Positions 9,691-19,438 of a stretch of DNA of 64,000 bases are shown piece by piece. How positions within the stretch are numbered: position 1 is the stretch's first letter; the number at the start of each line of letters is the position of its first letter. The stretch covers positions 1,401 to 65,400 of the forward strand of contig MNEF01000087.1 of NCBI GenBank assembly GCA_001917535.1, written 5' to 3'. The DNA comes from Candidatus Rokubacteria bacterium 13_1_40CM_69_27 (GTDB taxonomy: Bacteria > Methylomirabilota > Methylomirabilia > Rokubacteriales > CSP1-6). The notes beneath the pieces were generated by a model. The model saw only the letters and a list, made by a program, of their open reading frames with translations, ran no database searches and was not told where the DNA came from. The position numbers were made by a program, and so were the translations under genes.

Positions 9691-11577
9691 ATGCGGCAAA
9701 CCGTCTTCTATGACGCCGAATCGCAGGTGGCGGGGGCGGCTTCGGCCCTCCTTTTGGACGACTTCGACGTGCGCCCGCTGCCCTGGGGCGCGCGGCCCCC
9801 CCCCACGAGCCCGGCCGTGCTCTTCATCGACGGCGGCTTCCGCCACCCGGCGCCGCTGGAACACGTTCACGTGATCGCGCTGGTCGACCCCCAGGCCCCC
9901 GGGCCGTGGCCGGATCACTGGTACGCGCTGCTGCCGTACGGCGTGGGCCGGTCGATCCTGGCCCGCGCCGCGGCGAACGCGTTCGCCGACCTCGAGACGA
10001 CGAGTGAGGTCAGGCGGCTCGGTCGCGAGCTGTCCGAGCTGAACGCCATCGGCACCCGCCTGTCGGCCGAGCGCAACCCCGACACACTGCTCGAGCTGAT
10101 CCTCACCAAGGCCCGCGAGATCACCGAGAGCGATGCCGGCTCGCTGTACCTGGTGGAGGAAGGGCCGGACGGCGAGCGCCGCCTCTTCTTCGCGCTGGCG
10201 CAGAACGACAGCATCGAGGTCCCGTTCCGGGCATCCACGCTGCCGCTGACGCACGCGAGCGTCGCCGGGCACGTGGCGCTGACCGGGAAGGCGCTGAACC
10301 TCGAGGACGCTTACCGTCGGCCGCCGGGCTCGCCGTTCGAGATCAACCGGTCGTTCGACGAGCAGGTCGGCTACCGCACGCAGTCGATGCTGGTGGTGCC
10401 GATGCGCACGCCTCAGGGCGAGACGATCGGCGTGCTCCAGCTCATCAACTGCAAGCCGGGCTTCCCCGGCCCCCTGGCGCGGCCCGCGGAGGTCGAGCAG
10501 CACGTGCGGCCCTTCAGCCCCCGCCACGAAGCGCTGGCGGAATCCCTGGCCTCGCAGGCCGCGGTTGCGCTGGACAACAGCCGTCTCTACCAGAGCATCC
10601 GGCGACTGTTCGAGGGCTTCGTCGGGGCCGCGGTGACGGCGATCGAGTCGCGGGACCCGACGACGTCCGGCCACTCCTTCCGGGTGGCCGAACTGACGGT
10701 CGGCCTCGCCGAGGCGGTCGACCGCTGCCGGCGGGGGCCCTACGCGGCGGCGCGCTTCACCACCGATCAGATGATGGAGCTCCGCTACGCCGCCCTCCTC
10801 CACGACTTCGGCAAGGTCGGTGTCCGCGAGCACGTGCTGCTCAAGGCCAAGAAGCTCTATCCGGTCGAACTAGACCGGATCCGGCAGCGGATCGCGCTCG
10901 TCCAGCGTGGCCTCCAGCTGCGCTGCGCGCGCCACAAGCTCGACTACCTGATGGCGAGGGGACGCCGCGGGTACACCAAGCACGCGGCGGCCCTCGACGC
11001 GGAGCTGGTGGCGCGACTCGCCGAGCTGGACGATGCCCTCCAGCGCATCGTGCGCGCCAACGAGCCCGCCGTGCTCCCGCGCGACGTCGTCGCCCAGATC
11101 GAGCAGCTCGCCTTCCGCGTCTTCGAAGACGATCAGGGCCTGCAGCGGACCCTGATCACGCCGCAGGAGGCGGCCGTGCTGGCCATCTCGCGGGGCAGCC
11201 TCACGGACGGCGAGATCCTCGAGATCCGCTCGCATGTCGTCCACACCTTCGAGTTCCTGGCCCAGATCCCCTGGACCAAGGAGCTGCGGCGGATTCCTGA
11301 GATCGCGCGCTCGCACCACGAGAAGCTCGACGGCTCGGGCTACCCCGACGGGATCACCGCCGAGCAGATTCCCGTGCAGTCCCGGATGATGACGATCGCC
11401 GATATCTACGACGCGCTCACCGCCTCCGACCGTCCTTACAAGCGGGCGGTGCCGCTGGACGAGGCGCTCGACATCCTGGAAGCCGAGCGCCGCGCCGGGG
11501 CCATCGACGGCGAGCTGCTCGATCTCTTCATCACGGCCAAGGTGTTCGAGCGGACGCTATCGCGCGAGCAGGAGTAG
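9691..11577 (+). CDS. GAF domain-containing HD-GYP phosphodiesterase (c-di-GMP signalling)
   Basis: GAF-like N-region; HD motif (LLHDFGKVGV) and HHEKLDGSGYPDG motif diagnostic of HD-GYP. Confidence 0.8.
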   Translation: MRQTVFYDAESQVAGAASALLLDDFDVRPLPWGARPPPTSPAVLFIDGGFRHPAPLEHVHVIALVDPQAPGPWPDHWYALLPYGVGRSILARAAANAFADLETTSEVRRLGRELSELNAIGTRLSAERNPDTLLELILTKAREITESDAGSLYLVEEGPDGERRLFFALAQNDSIEVPFRASTLPLTHASVAGHVALTGKALNLEDAYRRPPGSPFEINRSFDEQVGYRTQSMLVVPMRTPQGETIGVLQLINCKPGFPGPLARPAEVEQHVRPFSPRHEALAESLASQAAVALDNSRLYQSIRRLFEGFVGAAVTAIESRDPTTSGHSFRVAELTVGLAEAVDRCRRGPYAAARFTTDQMMELRYAALLHDFGKVGVREHVLLKAKKLYPVELDRIRQRIALVQRGLQLRCARHKLDYLMARGRRGYTKHAAALDAELVARLAELDDALQRIVRANEPAVLPRDVVAQIEQLAFRVFEDDQGLQRTLITPQEAAVLAISRGSLTDGEILEIRSHVVHTFEFLAQIPWTKELRRIPEIARSHHEKLDGSGYPDGITAEQIPVQSRMMTIADIYDALTASDRPYKRAVPLDEALDILEAERRAGAIDGELLDLFITAKVFERTLSREQE

Positions 11578-11651
11578 CACCGCGCCCCAGGCGGCGACGC
11601 CGGCCAGGGCGGCGGTGGCGCGGCCGATCTCGCGGAGGACGTCCATCCTTG

Positions 11652-12287
11652 CTAGACCCCGCGCAGCAGGCCGATGACCTTGCCGAGAATCTGAACCCGG
11701 CGCTCGCGCGGATTCACGACGATCGGGGCCATGACCGGGTTCTCGGGCTTCAGGACGATGAGATCGCCCTGGCGGAGGAAGCGCTTGACCGTGGCTTCCC
11801 CTTGGCCTGACTCCGAGTCGAGCCAGGCCACGACGATGTCGTTGGGTTGAGCGTCGTCCTGGCGGCGGACGAGGACGAGGTCGCCGTCGCAGATGTGGGC
11901 GCCGATCATGCTCTCGCCGCGGACCCGCAGGGCGAACACGTTCTCGCCGCCCTCCGGCAGCGCGGACGGGGCGAGTGGCAGGTCGCCCTCGTGGTGTTCT
12001 GTGGCCAGCAGCGGCCCGCCGGCGGCGATCCGGCCCAGGATCGGCACTGGCCGGTAAGGCCCCGAGACCGGCTCGACCAGGGTGAGGGCGCGCGACGTTC
12101 GGCGGGCGCTGGACCGGCGCCGCAGCGCCCCCTTGCGCTCGAGCGCGCGCAGGTGATCGAACGCCGCGCGCGGCGTCACGCGGAACTTCTCGCCGATCTC
12201 GCGCACGGTCGGCGGCACGCCGTGGCGGGCCGTGAAGATCCTGATGAAATTCAGCACCTCACGCTGCCGGCTGGTGAGCTCCCGCAT
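11652..12287 (-). CDS. lexA: LexA repressor (S24 peptidase family)
   Basis: MRELTSRQREVLNFIR...GVPPTVREIG aligns with the LexA N-terminal wHTH; C-terminal S24 autocleavage domain (GESM, VKRF...GD.IVLKPEN). Confidence 0.85.
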   Translation of the reverse strand: MRELTSRQREVLNFIRIFTARHGVPPTVREIGEKFRVTPRAAFDHLRALERKGALRRRSSARRTSRALTLVEPVSGPYRPVPILGRIAAGGPLLATEHHEGDLPLAPSALPEGGENVFALRVRGESMIGAHICDGDLVLVRRQDDAQPNDIVVAWLDSESGQGEATVKRFLRQGDLIVLKPENPVMAPIVVNPRERRVQILGKVIGLLRGV

Positions 12288-12312
12288 CTGTCCCTCCCGG
12301 CCAGTCAAGATA

Positions 12313-12337
12313 CTCAACGGATGTTGAGGGTGTCAAC
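12313..12337. promoter_or_regulatory. candidate LexA operator: overlapping inverted repeats CTCAAC-GGAT-GTTGAG and GTTGAG-GGTG-TCAAC
   Basis: Two overlapping perfect palindromes 25-50 bp upstream of the lexA start; CAAC-N4-GTTG architecture resembles the GAAC-N4-GTTC class of SOS boxes. Confidence 0.35.
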
Positions 12338-12431
12338 TAAAAAAGAGCGAAATATCGGGCTCGGGGCGCGTGCCGGAGTAATCGCCGTTCGAGCGCGGGC
12401 TTGGCCCGCGCAATCCTTCCCGGTGGAGGCC

Positions 12432-12460
12432 TCGGAGGGGGCCGTCGAGGCCCCCTCCGA
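12432..12460. repeat. REP-like GC-rich palindromic element (CGGAGGGGGCC-GTCGA-GGCCCCCTCCG)
   Basis: Perfect 11-bp stem hairpin; same core as six other copies in this window. Confidence 0.6.
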
Positions 12461-12465
12461 CCTAG

Positions 12466-12957
12466 TTAGGCGGGCTCCCAGGGTTCGCAGACGGGGCACT
12501 CGAGCAACCCCTGGTCGCGCGCGTCGGCGACGCGCTTGAGGTAGACGCGCTCCACTTCCGGGATCCGTGACACCCACGAACACTCGCGACGGTGAAACAG
12601 GCGCGAGCCACGCTGGCCGCAGTAGGGCTCCGTGATCTCGGCCGCCTCTGTCACGGTGGTCTGCGTCGCAGTCGCCTCCGTGACCGGCTCGGCGAACTGA
12701 GGCTCCCCCTCGGAGGGCAGGCTCGCCGTCGCCGCCGCGGGCCCGGTGGCGGTGGGAGACCGCGGCTGGATCAGCGGCTCGGGATCGTTGATGTGGAGAT
12801 TCGTCTCGACGGTGGTGCGGAACTCGTCACTGGCCCGCCGGAACTCCCGCAGCGCGCGCCCGAACATGCGCCCCAGCTCGGGCAGCTTCGATGGACCGAA
12901 GACCAAGAGCGCGATGATGCCGATGACGAGCATCTCCTGGAGGCCGATGTCGAACAT
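12466..12957 (-). CDS. tatA: twin-arginine translocase TatA/E family protein with C-terminal Ada-type zinc-binding domain
   Basis: N-terminus MFDIGLQEMLVIGIIALLVFGPSKLPELGRMFGRALREFRRA is canonical TatA; C-terminal 45 aa (YCGQRGSRLFHRRECSWVSRIPEVERVYLKRVADARDQGLLECPVCEP) aligns with the Ada N-terminal Zn domain (FCRPSCRAR...ENVSFYANASEALAAGFRPCKRCQP). Confidence 0.7.
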   Translation of the reverse strand: MFDIGLQEMLVIGIIALLVFGPSKLPELGRMFGRALREFRRASDEFRTTVETNLHINDPEPLIQPRSPTATGPAAATASLPSEGEPQFAEPVTEATATQTTVTEAAEITEPYCGQRGSRLFHRRECSWVSRIPEVERVYLKRVADARDQGLLECPVCEPWEPA

Positions 12958-13237
12958 GGCGCTAGGGTACCACGCGCCGCCGAGGCGGGACCGAGCCGAC
13001 CGTGAGAAGGTTGTTCCGGAAGCTGGAAGTCCTTTTCCAGGTGGCGGGAACGGCGGGGGCGCGGCCCGCCTGTGGCAGGCGCTACTTAGCCGGACCCTCC
13101 CCCGGGCACGAGAGTTGCTCGACTATCTCGGGCGGGGAGGAGCGGCCCATGGTGGCGCTGAGGGTGCTGCTTTACCTCGTACTCATGTCGGGCTTGGCCG
13201 TGCGCGAGCACCTGGCCGCCGGGCGGCGGCCCGCGCG

Positions 13238-14284
13238 CTAGGACGCGATGGCCTCGGGCTCCTTCGCCGGCTTGGCCTGCTTCGCCTCTCTCTCCTCGGG
13301 CGTGGCGAGACCACACTGCACGATCTTGTAGAGCAGGGCCTTGTAGCTGATCTGGAGAAGACGCGCGGCCTTCGCGCGGTTCCAGTGCACGCGGTCGAGC
13401 ACTTCCTTGATGGCGACGCGCTCCGCATCACGGGCGGCCTGCCGGGCGATGTCCTTCAGGCTGAGCACGGCCTCGGCGCTGATGGGCGCCGGCGCCGCCA
13501 CGGTTACGGACGTACCGCCGTTGGCCCCGTGGTTCAGGCTCGTCAGGACCTCCTGGTGCACCGTTCGCGCGGTACCGAGCACGACGACGCGCTTGACCGC
13601 GTTTTCCAGTTCGCGGATGTTACCGGGCCAGTGATACTCCATGAACAGGCGCACGGTGTCCGGCGGGATCTCGATGTTCCGCACGTACTGGGCGTTGAAC
13701 TTCCGTCGGAAGTGCTCGACCAGCACGGGGATTTCCTCCCGCCGCTCGCGCAGCGGCGGGATCCGGATCTCGATGACGTTGAGCCGGTAATAGAGATCCT
13801 CGCGGAACTGGTGGACCCGCATCGCGGCCTCCAGGTCGCGGTTGGTGGAGGCGACCAGACGCACGTCGGTGCCGATCACCTTCTCGCCGCCGACCCGCGA
13901 GAACTCGCCGTCCTGGAGCACGTGCAGCAGCTTGGCCTGCAGGCGCAGCGGCATCTCCCCGATCTCGTCGAGGAGCAGTGTGCCGCCGTCGGTGGCCTCG
14001 AACTTCCCGGGCTTCTGCCGGTAGGCTCCGGTGAAGGCCCCCTTCTCGTGCCCGAACAGCTCCGATTCGAGCAGTTCGCCGGGCAGGGCCGCGCAGTTGA
14101 CCTTGAGGAACTGCCTAGCGGCGCGTGGAGAGAGCTTGTGAATCGCGCGCGCCACGATTTCCTTGCCGACGCCGCTCTCGCCGCGGAGAAGCACGGTCGT
14201 GTTCGTTCCCGCCACCTTGGCAACCAACTCTCGCACCAGCTGCATTTTGCTGCTAATGCAGAGACCCATTCCGTCAGCGCTCAT
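13238..14284 (-). CDS. sigma-54-dependent transcriptional activator (AAA+ plus Fis HTH, no receiver domain)
   Basis: GESGVGKE Walker A, GAFTGA motif, C-terminal Fis-type HTH; the protein begins directly with the AAA+ domain. Confidence 0.85.
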   Translation of the reverse strand: MSADGMGLCISSKMQLVRELVAKVAGTNTTVLLRGESGVGKEIVARAIHKLSPRAARQFLKVNCAALPGELLESELFGHEKGAFTGAYRQKPGKFEATDGGTLLLDEIGEMPLRLQAKLLHVLQDGEFSRVGGEKVIGTDVRLVASTNRDLEAAMRVHQFREDLYYRLNVIEIRIPPLRERREEIPVLVEHFRRKFNAQYVRNIEIPPDTVRLFMEYHWPGNIRELENAVKRVVVLGTARTVHQEVLTSLNHGANGGTSVTVAAPAPISAEAVLSLKDIARQAARDAERVAIKEVLDRVHWNRAKAARLLQISYKALLYKIVQCGLATPEEREAKQAKPAKEPEAIAS

Positions 14285-14475
14285 CCCCGCCCCCCGATGT
14301 ATGAGTCTTCTTTTTCACGACGTGTAGCCGCGGCTGCAGGGGACATGCCAGGCGTGTGCCCAGATCGTCTCGAAATGATTACAAGCACTTGTGCAGTCCT
14401 GTGCCAGAGCGGGTACCCAGATTTTGTAAAAATTTCCACACCGCGGGTGCTCTTTACAAAAAGAGGAGGGCCTCA

Positions 14476-14838
14476 ATGAACATCCTCATCGTGGACGACG
14501 AACCCCAGGTGGCAGAGGTCCTGGCCAGGTCGCTGACCCGGGAGGGCCACAAGGCGAGCGTCGCGCATTCCGGGGAGGAAGCGCTTCGCCGGCTCGGGAG
14601 GGAGGAGCCCGACGCGCTCTTTCTGGATGTGTCGATGCCGGGGATGAACGGGCTGGACGTCCTCGCCGAGGTCAAACGCCGCCGGCCGTCCTTGCCCGTG
14701 GTGGTCATCACCGGTCACGCGACGGCGGACGAGGTCGACGCGGTCAAGCGCCTGGGAGCCATCGACGTCATCGAGAAGCCGGCTCCGCTCACCTATTACC
14801 AGCTGGCACTGAAGCGGCTCGACACCCGTGCGTCGTAG
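14476..14838 (+). CDS. stand-alone response regulator receiver (CheY-like)
   Basis: AGGAGG RBS 8 nt upstream of ATG; MNILIVDDEP...LFLDVSMPGMNGLDVL; receiver domain only. Confidence 0.8.
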   Translation: MNILIVDDEPQVAEVLARSLTREGHKASVAHSGEEALRRLGREEPDALFLDVSMPGMNGLDVLAEVKRRRPSLPVVVITGHATADEVDAVKRLGAIDVIEKPAPLTYYQLALKRLDTRAS

Positions 14839-16120
14839 AAGGGCGATCGGGCGCCGGCCGGGTTGTGGTAGACATCGCGCCGTGCGACGCCTTCGGGGAC
14901 TCCCGGTCTGGGCCGGTGTGATCGTTGCGTGCGCGATCGGCCTGGCGGCTCCGGCGGCCTGGGCCCAGGCGACCCGGCGTCCCGCGGATCCCCAGCCGCT
15001 CGAGGGGCCACGGCTCGCGCCCCTCGTGCTGAGGCCGACGCTGACGCTGGAGGAGGAGTACAACGACAACGTCCTCCTCAACAATAACGACAAGCGCTGG
15101 GACTTCATCACCCGCTTCACGCCGGGCCTCGCCCTCGAGGTCGAGCAGCCCGTCTACCGCCTCAGCGCTGCCTACAGTTTCTCCGCCGAGATCTTCGCCC
15201 GGGAGCCGGGCCTCACTCACGTCTTCGACCAGCACCGCTTCATCCTCGATGGCCTCTATCGCGTCAGCCCCCCGCTGACCCTGAATCTCAGCGACACCTT
15301 CAGCCTCACCACCAACACGAACCTCCTCGCCGCCGAAGGCGTCGCCACCGGCCGCAGCCGCGGCTACAGCAATGCGCTGTCGGGCGGGGCCGCCTGGCAG
15401 TTCGATCCGCGGACGACGCTGCGGGGAGGCGCGTCGTGGACGGTCCTGCGCTTCGAGCGGAGGGAGCTGCGTGGCTCGGACGTCTATCGCGCCAACGTGG
15501 ACGTCGACCGGGCCCTCACGCGCCGGCTCAACGTAACGCTCGGCTACGAGTTCGGCTTCCTGGACGTCGAGCGCGAGGAGAACCTGACGACGCACACACC
15601 GCGGCTCGGCCTCACCTATCGCTTCACCGAGACGCTGACGGGCTCCGTCGTGGGCGGACCCACCTTCGAGGTCAGCGACCGCGACAATCGCGTGACGCCC
15701 ACGGTCAGCGCCAGCCTTCGCCAGCGACTCAAGTGGGGCTTCCTCAGCGCCGACTACAGTCGCACGCTCGGCACGGCCGCCGGGCTCGGCGGTCCCACCA
15801 TCAACCAGTCGGTCGGTGCCTCCGCTCAGCTCGCCACCCTGACGAAGGGGCTGACGGTGGAGTTCGGACCGCGCTACTCGATCGTCGAGTCGCAGGACGA
15901 CCGTAACCCCGACCGCATCGACGTGAAGAGCCTCAGCTTGCCGCTGTCGGCCACCTACCGGTTCACCCGCTGGCTGGCCCTGGTCGCCTCGTACCAGTTC
16001 TTCCACCAGCGGTCGGACAGCCGCATCACCGACGTGGCGGGGGCGTCGCTCGCCAACGACGTCGATCAGAACCGCATTTCCATCGGGTTACAGTTCGGAT
16101 ATCCGATCCGCTTCGACTAG
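14828..16120 (+). CDS. putative outer-membrane beta-barrel protein
   Basis: Signal-peptide-like N-terminus (VIVACAIGLAAPAAWA), alternating amphipathic beta-strand pattern, ends ...LQFGYPIRFD. Confidence 0.5.
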   Translation: MRRRRAIGRRPGCGRHRAVRRLRGLPVWAGVIVACAIGLAAPAAWAQATRRPADPQPLEGPRLAPLVLRPTLTLEEEYNDNVLLNNNDKRWDFITRFTPGLALEVEQPVYRLSAAYSFSAEIFAREPGLTHVFDQHRFILDGLYRVSPPLTLNLSDTFSLTTNTNLLAAEGVATGRSRGYSNALSGGAAWQFDPRTTLRGGASWTVLRFERRELRGSDVYRANVDVDRALTRRLNVTLGYEFGFLDVEREENLTTHTPRLGLTYRFTETLTGSVVGGPTFEVSDRDNRVTPTVSASLRQRLKWGFLSADYSRTLGTAAGLGGPTINQSVGASAQLATLTKGLTVEFGPRYSIVESQDDRNPDRIDVKSLSLPLSATYRFTRWLALVASYQFFHQRSDSRITDVAGASLANDVDQNRISIGLQFGYPIRFD

Positions 16121-16576
16121 CTGTCTCCTTCCTGCAACGGATTCCCCAGGGCCCGTGTAGCCCCTTCCCGATTCGCCCGAAATTTGCGTCAACACGATAG
16201 CGCCGAGGCGCCGAGGTCTGACCGCCCTCGGCCCGGCCGTCGAGCCGGATCTACTACACCTTCATACGCAACGCGATCTGGATTGCGCTGCGCAACCACC
16301 GCCCGGCGGCCGCCGCCGTCTCGATCGCCCAGGATCTGGCGCTGGTGGGCTTCTGCGCCGCGCGGGCGGGAGAGTTGCGGGCCTACGCGCGCGGGCTGGT
16401 CGACGCGCTGCGCGGCGCCCGCCGGGCGCTGGCCACGCGCGCGGCGCTGTCGCGCGAAGCCCGGGCACGGCTGCAGGCGCTGCAGGCGCACCGCCCGGGG
16501 CTGGCGGGCCGCGCCCTCCGCCACTTCCGCGAGCGTTTGATCTGATCGGCGTCGACACTCCGGGCATACTAGGGGG

Positions 16577-18919
16577 GTGAGTCCGCTCCTCCGGGCGCTG
16601 CCCGCGCGGCTCCGACGCGCGAACCCCCTCGTCCTCACGCTCCTGGCCGCGGGAGTCGTGCTCGGGCTGGCCCTGACCGGCCTCGTCACGTACACGGCGA
16701 TCGAGCTGGCCCGCTTCGACCGCGTCACCGCACGCCACGCCACCTTCATCTACGCGGCCGGGCAGCCCCTGGCCCCCGGCATCAACGTGCGCGCCGTCGA
16801 CCTGGAGGGCACGCTCGCGCGACTGCGCTATCGCGAGGTGCCCATGTCGCCGACGGCGCCGGGCCAGTTCTACCGCACCGACGACGCGTGGGAGGTCTTC
16901 CTGCGCGGCATCGAGGAGCGCGGCGGGCGCCGCTCGGCCCGCGCGCGCCTGGAGCTGGAGGGGGACCGGATCGCGCGGGTGACGAGCGAGGACGAACCGC
17001 TGGAGGCCACCGCCCTCGAGCCCGAGGTGCTGGCCAGCGCCGGCGACCGGCCCGGTGAGGACTACCGGCCGGTGCGCCTGGGCGAGATGCCGCTGGTGCT
17101 CCTGCACGCGGTGCTGGGCGCGGAGGATCACCGGTTCTTCGAGCACGGCGGCGTCGATCTCCGCGGCCTCCTGCGGGCCGTGTGGGTCAACCTCAGGGCC
17201 GGCCGGGTGACGCAAGGGGGCAGCACGATCACCCAGCAGCTCGTCAAGAATCGCCTCCTCGGCTCCCAGCGGACGTTCGGGCGCAAGCTCCGCGAGGCCT
17301 GGCTGGCGGCCGTGCTCGAATGGCGTTACACCAAGGAGCAGATCCTCGAGGCCTACCTCAACGAGGCGTACCTGGGCCAGCGCGGCTCCCTGGCGATCCG
17401 TGGCGTGGGCTCGGCGGCGCGGGCGTACTTCCGCAAGGAGGTGCACCAGCTCACGCTCGCCGAGGCGGCGCTGCTGGCCGGCATGGTGCGCGCCCCCAAC
17501 AGCTACTCCCCCGTCCTCAACCCCGACCGCGCCCGGCAGCGGCGCGACGTCGTCCTGGCGCGCATGCGCTCGCTGGGCCGGATCTCCGAGGTCGAGTACC
17601 AGACGGCGCGCCGGGAGCCGATCCGCCTGCAGTCGGCGCCGGCGCCCGGGCAATCGGCGCCCTACTTCGCGGACTACGTCCGTCAGGAGATCGAGCACCG
17701 GTTGGGTGACGGGATCATCGACGCGCGCGGTGGCGCGCGCGTCTTCACCTCGCTGGACCTGGCACTCCAGCGCCTCGCCGAGGCGGCGGTGAAGCGCGGG
17801 CTCGAGCGACTGGAGGGCAACCGGCCGGGCGCGCGCGGCAAGGATCCCGCCGAGCGCCTGCAGGCGGCGCTGATCGCGCTCGACCCCGAGACGGGGCAGA
17901 TCCGTGCGCTGGTCGGCGGCCGGGACTATCAGACGAGCCAGTTCAATCGGGCCGTCCTGGCCCGCCGCCAGCCCGGCTCGGCGTTCAAGCCCTTCGTCTT
18001 CCTGGCCGCGCTGCGACGGGCCAGCGGCGAGCCCGCGTTCACGGCGGCGACCTTCGTGGACGACACGCCGCTCACGCTCGACGTCGGGGACAAGGAATGG
18101 AGTCCCCGCAACTACGAGGACCGCTACGAGGGGCGCGTGACGGTGCGCCGCGCGCTCGAGCAATCGCTCAACGCGGCGACGGTGCGGATCGCCCAGGAGA
18201 TCGGCCTCGGCGCCGTGATCGAGACGGCGCGCGCGCTGGGGATTGCCAGCCCGCTCTCCCCCGTTCCGGCGATGGCGCTCGGCGCCTTCGAGGTCACGCC
18301 GCTCGAGCTGGCCCGCGCGTACCTGCCGTTCGCGAACGGTGGCGTCCGCGCCGAGACCGTCACCAGCGTGCGCGCAGTGTGGGAGGACGACGGAGGGGCG
18401 GTGGCGCTGCCCGAGCCCGAGCTGCAGCAGGCCGTGCCGACCGCCGAGGCCTATCTGATGACTTCGCTCCTCCAGGGCGTGATCGTGTCGGGCACGGGCG
18501 CCTCCGCGCGCACGCTCGGCGTCGCGGGCCCGGTGGCCGGCAAGACGGGAACGACGAACGATGGGCGCGACGCCTGGTTCGTCGGTTACGCCCCGAACCT
18601 GCTTGCGCTGGTCTGGGTCGGATTCGACAGCGGCGAGCCGCACGGGCTCAGCGGCGCGCAGGCGGCCCTGCCCATCTGGGCCGACTTCATGCGCCAGGCG
18701 CTGGAGGCCTATCCCGCGCCGGACTTCGACGTGCCGCCGGGCGTGACGCGGGTGGACATCGACCTCACCAACGGCAGGACGGCCAACCGCTTCTGTCCGG
18801 TGGTGGTTCGCGAGACCTTCCTGGAGGGGACGGCGCCGCCGCCCTGCCAGGAGCACGGCGGCATGGGCGAGCAGATCGTGGACTGGTGGCGGAAGTTCTT
18901 CCACTGGCTCCGCCGGTAG
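16577..18919 (+). CDS. mrcA: penicillin-binding protein 1A family (bifunctional transglycosylase/transpeptidase)
   Basis: GT51 motifs (EDHRFFEHGGVD, GGSTITQQLVKN) and transpeptidase domain (SAFKP, KTGTT); 780 aa. Confidence 0.9.
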   Translation: MSPLLRALPARLRRANPLVLTLLAAGVVLGLALTGLVTYTAIELARFDRVTARHATFIYAAGQPLAPGINVRAVDLEGTLARLRYREVPMSPTAPGQFYRTDDAWEVFLRGIEERGGRRSARARLELEGDRIARVTSEDEPLEATALEPEVLASAGDRPGEDYRPVRLGEMPLVLLHAVLGAEDHRFFEHGGVDLRGLLRAVWVNLRAGRVTQGGSTITQQLVKNRLLGSQRTFGRKLREAWLAAVLEWRYTKEQILEAYLNEAYLGQRGSLAIRGVGSAARAYFRKEVHQLTLAEAALLAGMVRAPNSYSPVLNPDRARQRRDVVLARMRSLGRISEVEYQTARREPIRLQSAPAPGQSAPYFADYVRQEIEHRLGDGIIDARGGARVFTSLDLALQRLAEAAVKRGLERLEGNRPGARGKDPAERLQAALIALDPETGQIRALVGGRDYQTSQFNRAVLARRQPGSAFKPFVFLAALRRASGEPAFTAATFVDDTPLTLDVGDKEWSPRNYEDRYEGRVTVRRALEQSLNAATVRIAQEIGLGAVIETARALGIASPLSPVPAMALGAFEVTPLELARAYLPFANGGVRAETVTSVRAVWEDDGGAVALPEPELQQAVPTAEAYLMTSLLQGVIVSGTGASARTLGVAGPVAGKTGTTNDGRDAWFVGYAPNLLALVWVGFDSGEPHGLSGAQAALPIWADFMRQALEAYPAPDFDVPPGVTRVDIDLTNGRTANRFCPVVVRETFLEGTAPPPCQEHGGMGEQIVDWWRKFFHWLRR

Positions 18920-18924
18920 CTCAG

Positions 18925-18956
18925 TCGGAGGGGGCGGACGGTACGGCCCCCTCCGA
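18925..18956. repeat. REP-like palindromic element
   Basis: CGGAGGGGGC-GGACGGTAC-GGCCCCCTCCG immediately after the PBP1A stop; terminator-like. Confidence 0.55.
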
Positions 18957-19087
18957 ACTGGCGCGACCGTCGTCAGGCCGCGCCCTGTGGCAACGACCGG
19001 CGGGCCTGTCCGTTGGCGCGGCCTGCCGGTTGACAGAATCCTCTCTATTAGGTATGCCTAAGGCGAGACCAAAGGGGAGGTTCATTC

Positions 19088-19435
19088 ATGGCCCGCCGGG
19101 TAGGATCGCTGTTGATCGGTATGTTGGCCGTCCTCGCCCTGCCGGCCGGCGTCGCCCGAGCCGCCGACGTCCCCAGGGAGATCGCGCTGACGATCGAGAA
19201 GAATCGGTTCCAGCCCGAGGAGATCCGGGTCAAGGCCGGCGCGTCATTCATCCTCGTCATCACCAACAAGGACCGGGCAGCGGAGGAGTTCGAGAGCAGG
19301 GAGCTCCGCATCGAAAAGGTGATTCCCGCGGGCAAGACGGTCCGCCTGCGGATGCCCGCGCTCAAGCCCGGAACCTACCCATTCGTCGGTGAGTATCACG
19401 AGGCGACGGCGAAGGGGCGCCTCGTCGCGGAGTAG
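19088..19435 (+). CDS. secreted cupredoxin-like protein (EfeO/P19-like partner of the iron permease)
   Basis: GGGAGG RBS; signal peptide; small beta-rich periplasmic protein located 3 nt upstream of the FTR1 permease gene. Confidence 0.55.
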   Translation: MARRVGSLLIGMLAVLALPAGVARAADVPREIALTIEKNRFQPEEIRVKAGASFILVITNKDRAAEEFESRELRIEKVIPAGKTVRLRMPALKPGTYPFVGEYHEATAKGRLVAE

Positions 19436-19438
19436 AGG

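Noticed and set aside
16121-16576. Possible glycosyltransferase C-terminal fragment between the OMP and PBP1A genes (...IAQDLALVGFCAARAGELRAYARGLVDAL...)
   Set aside because: It is only a short weakly suggestive stretch. It cannot be distinguished from non-coding sequence with GC-driven ORFs.
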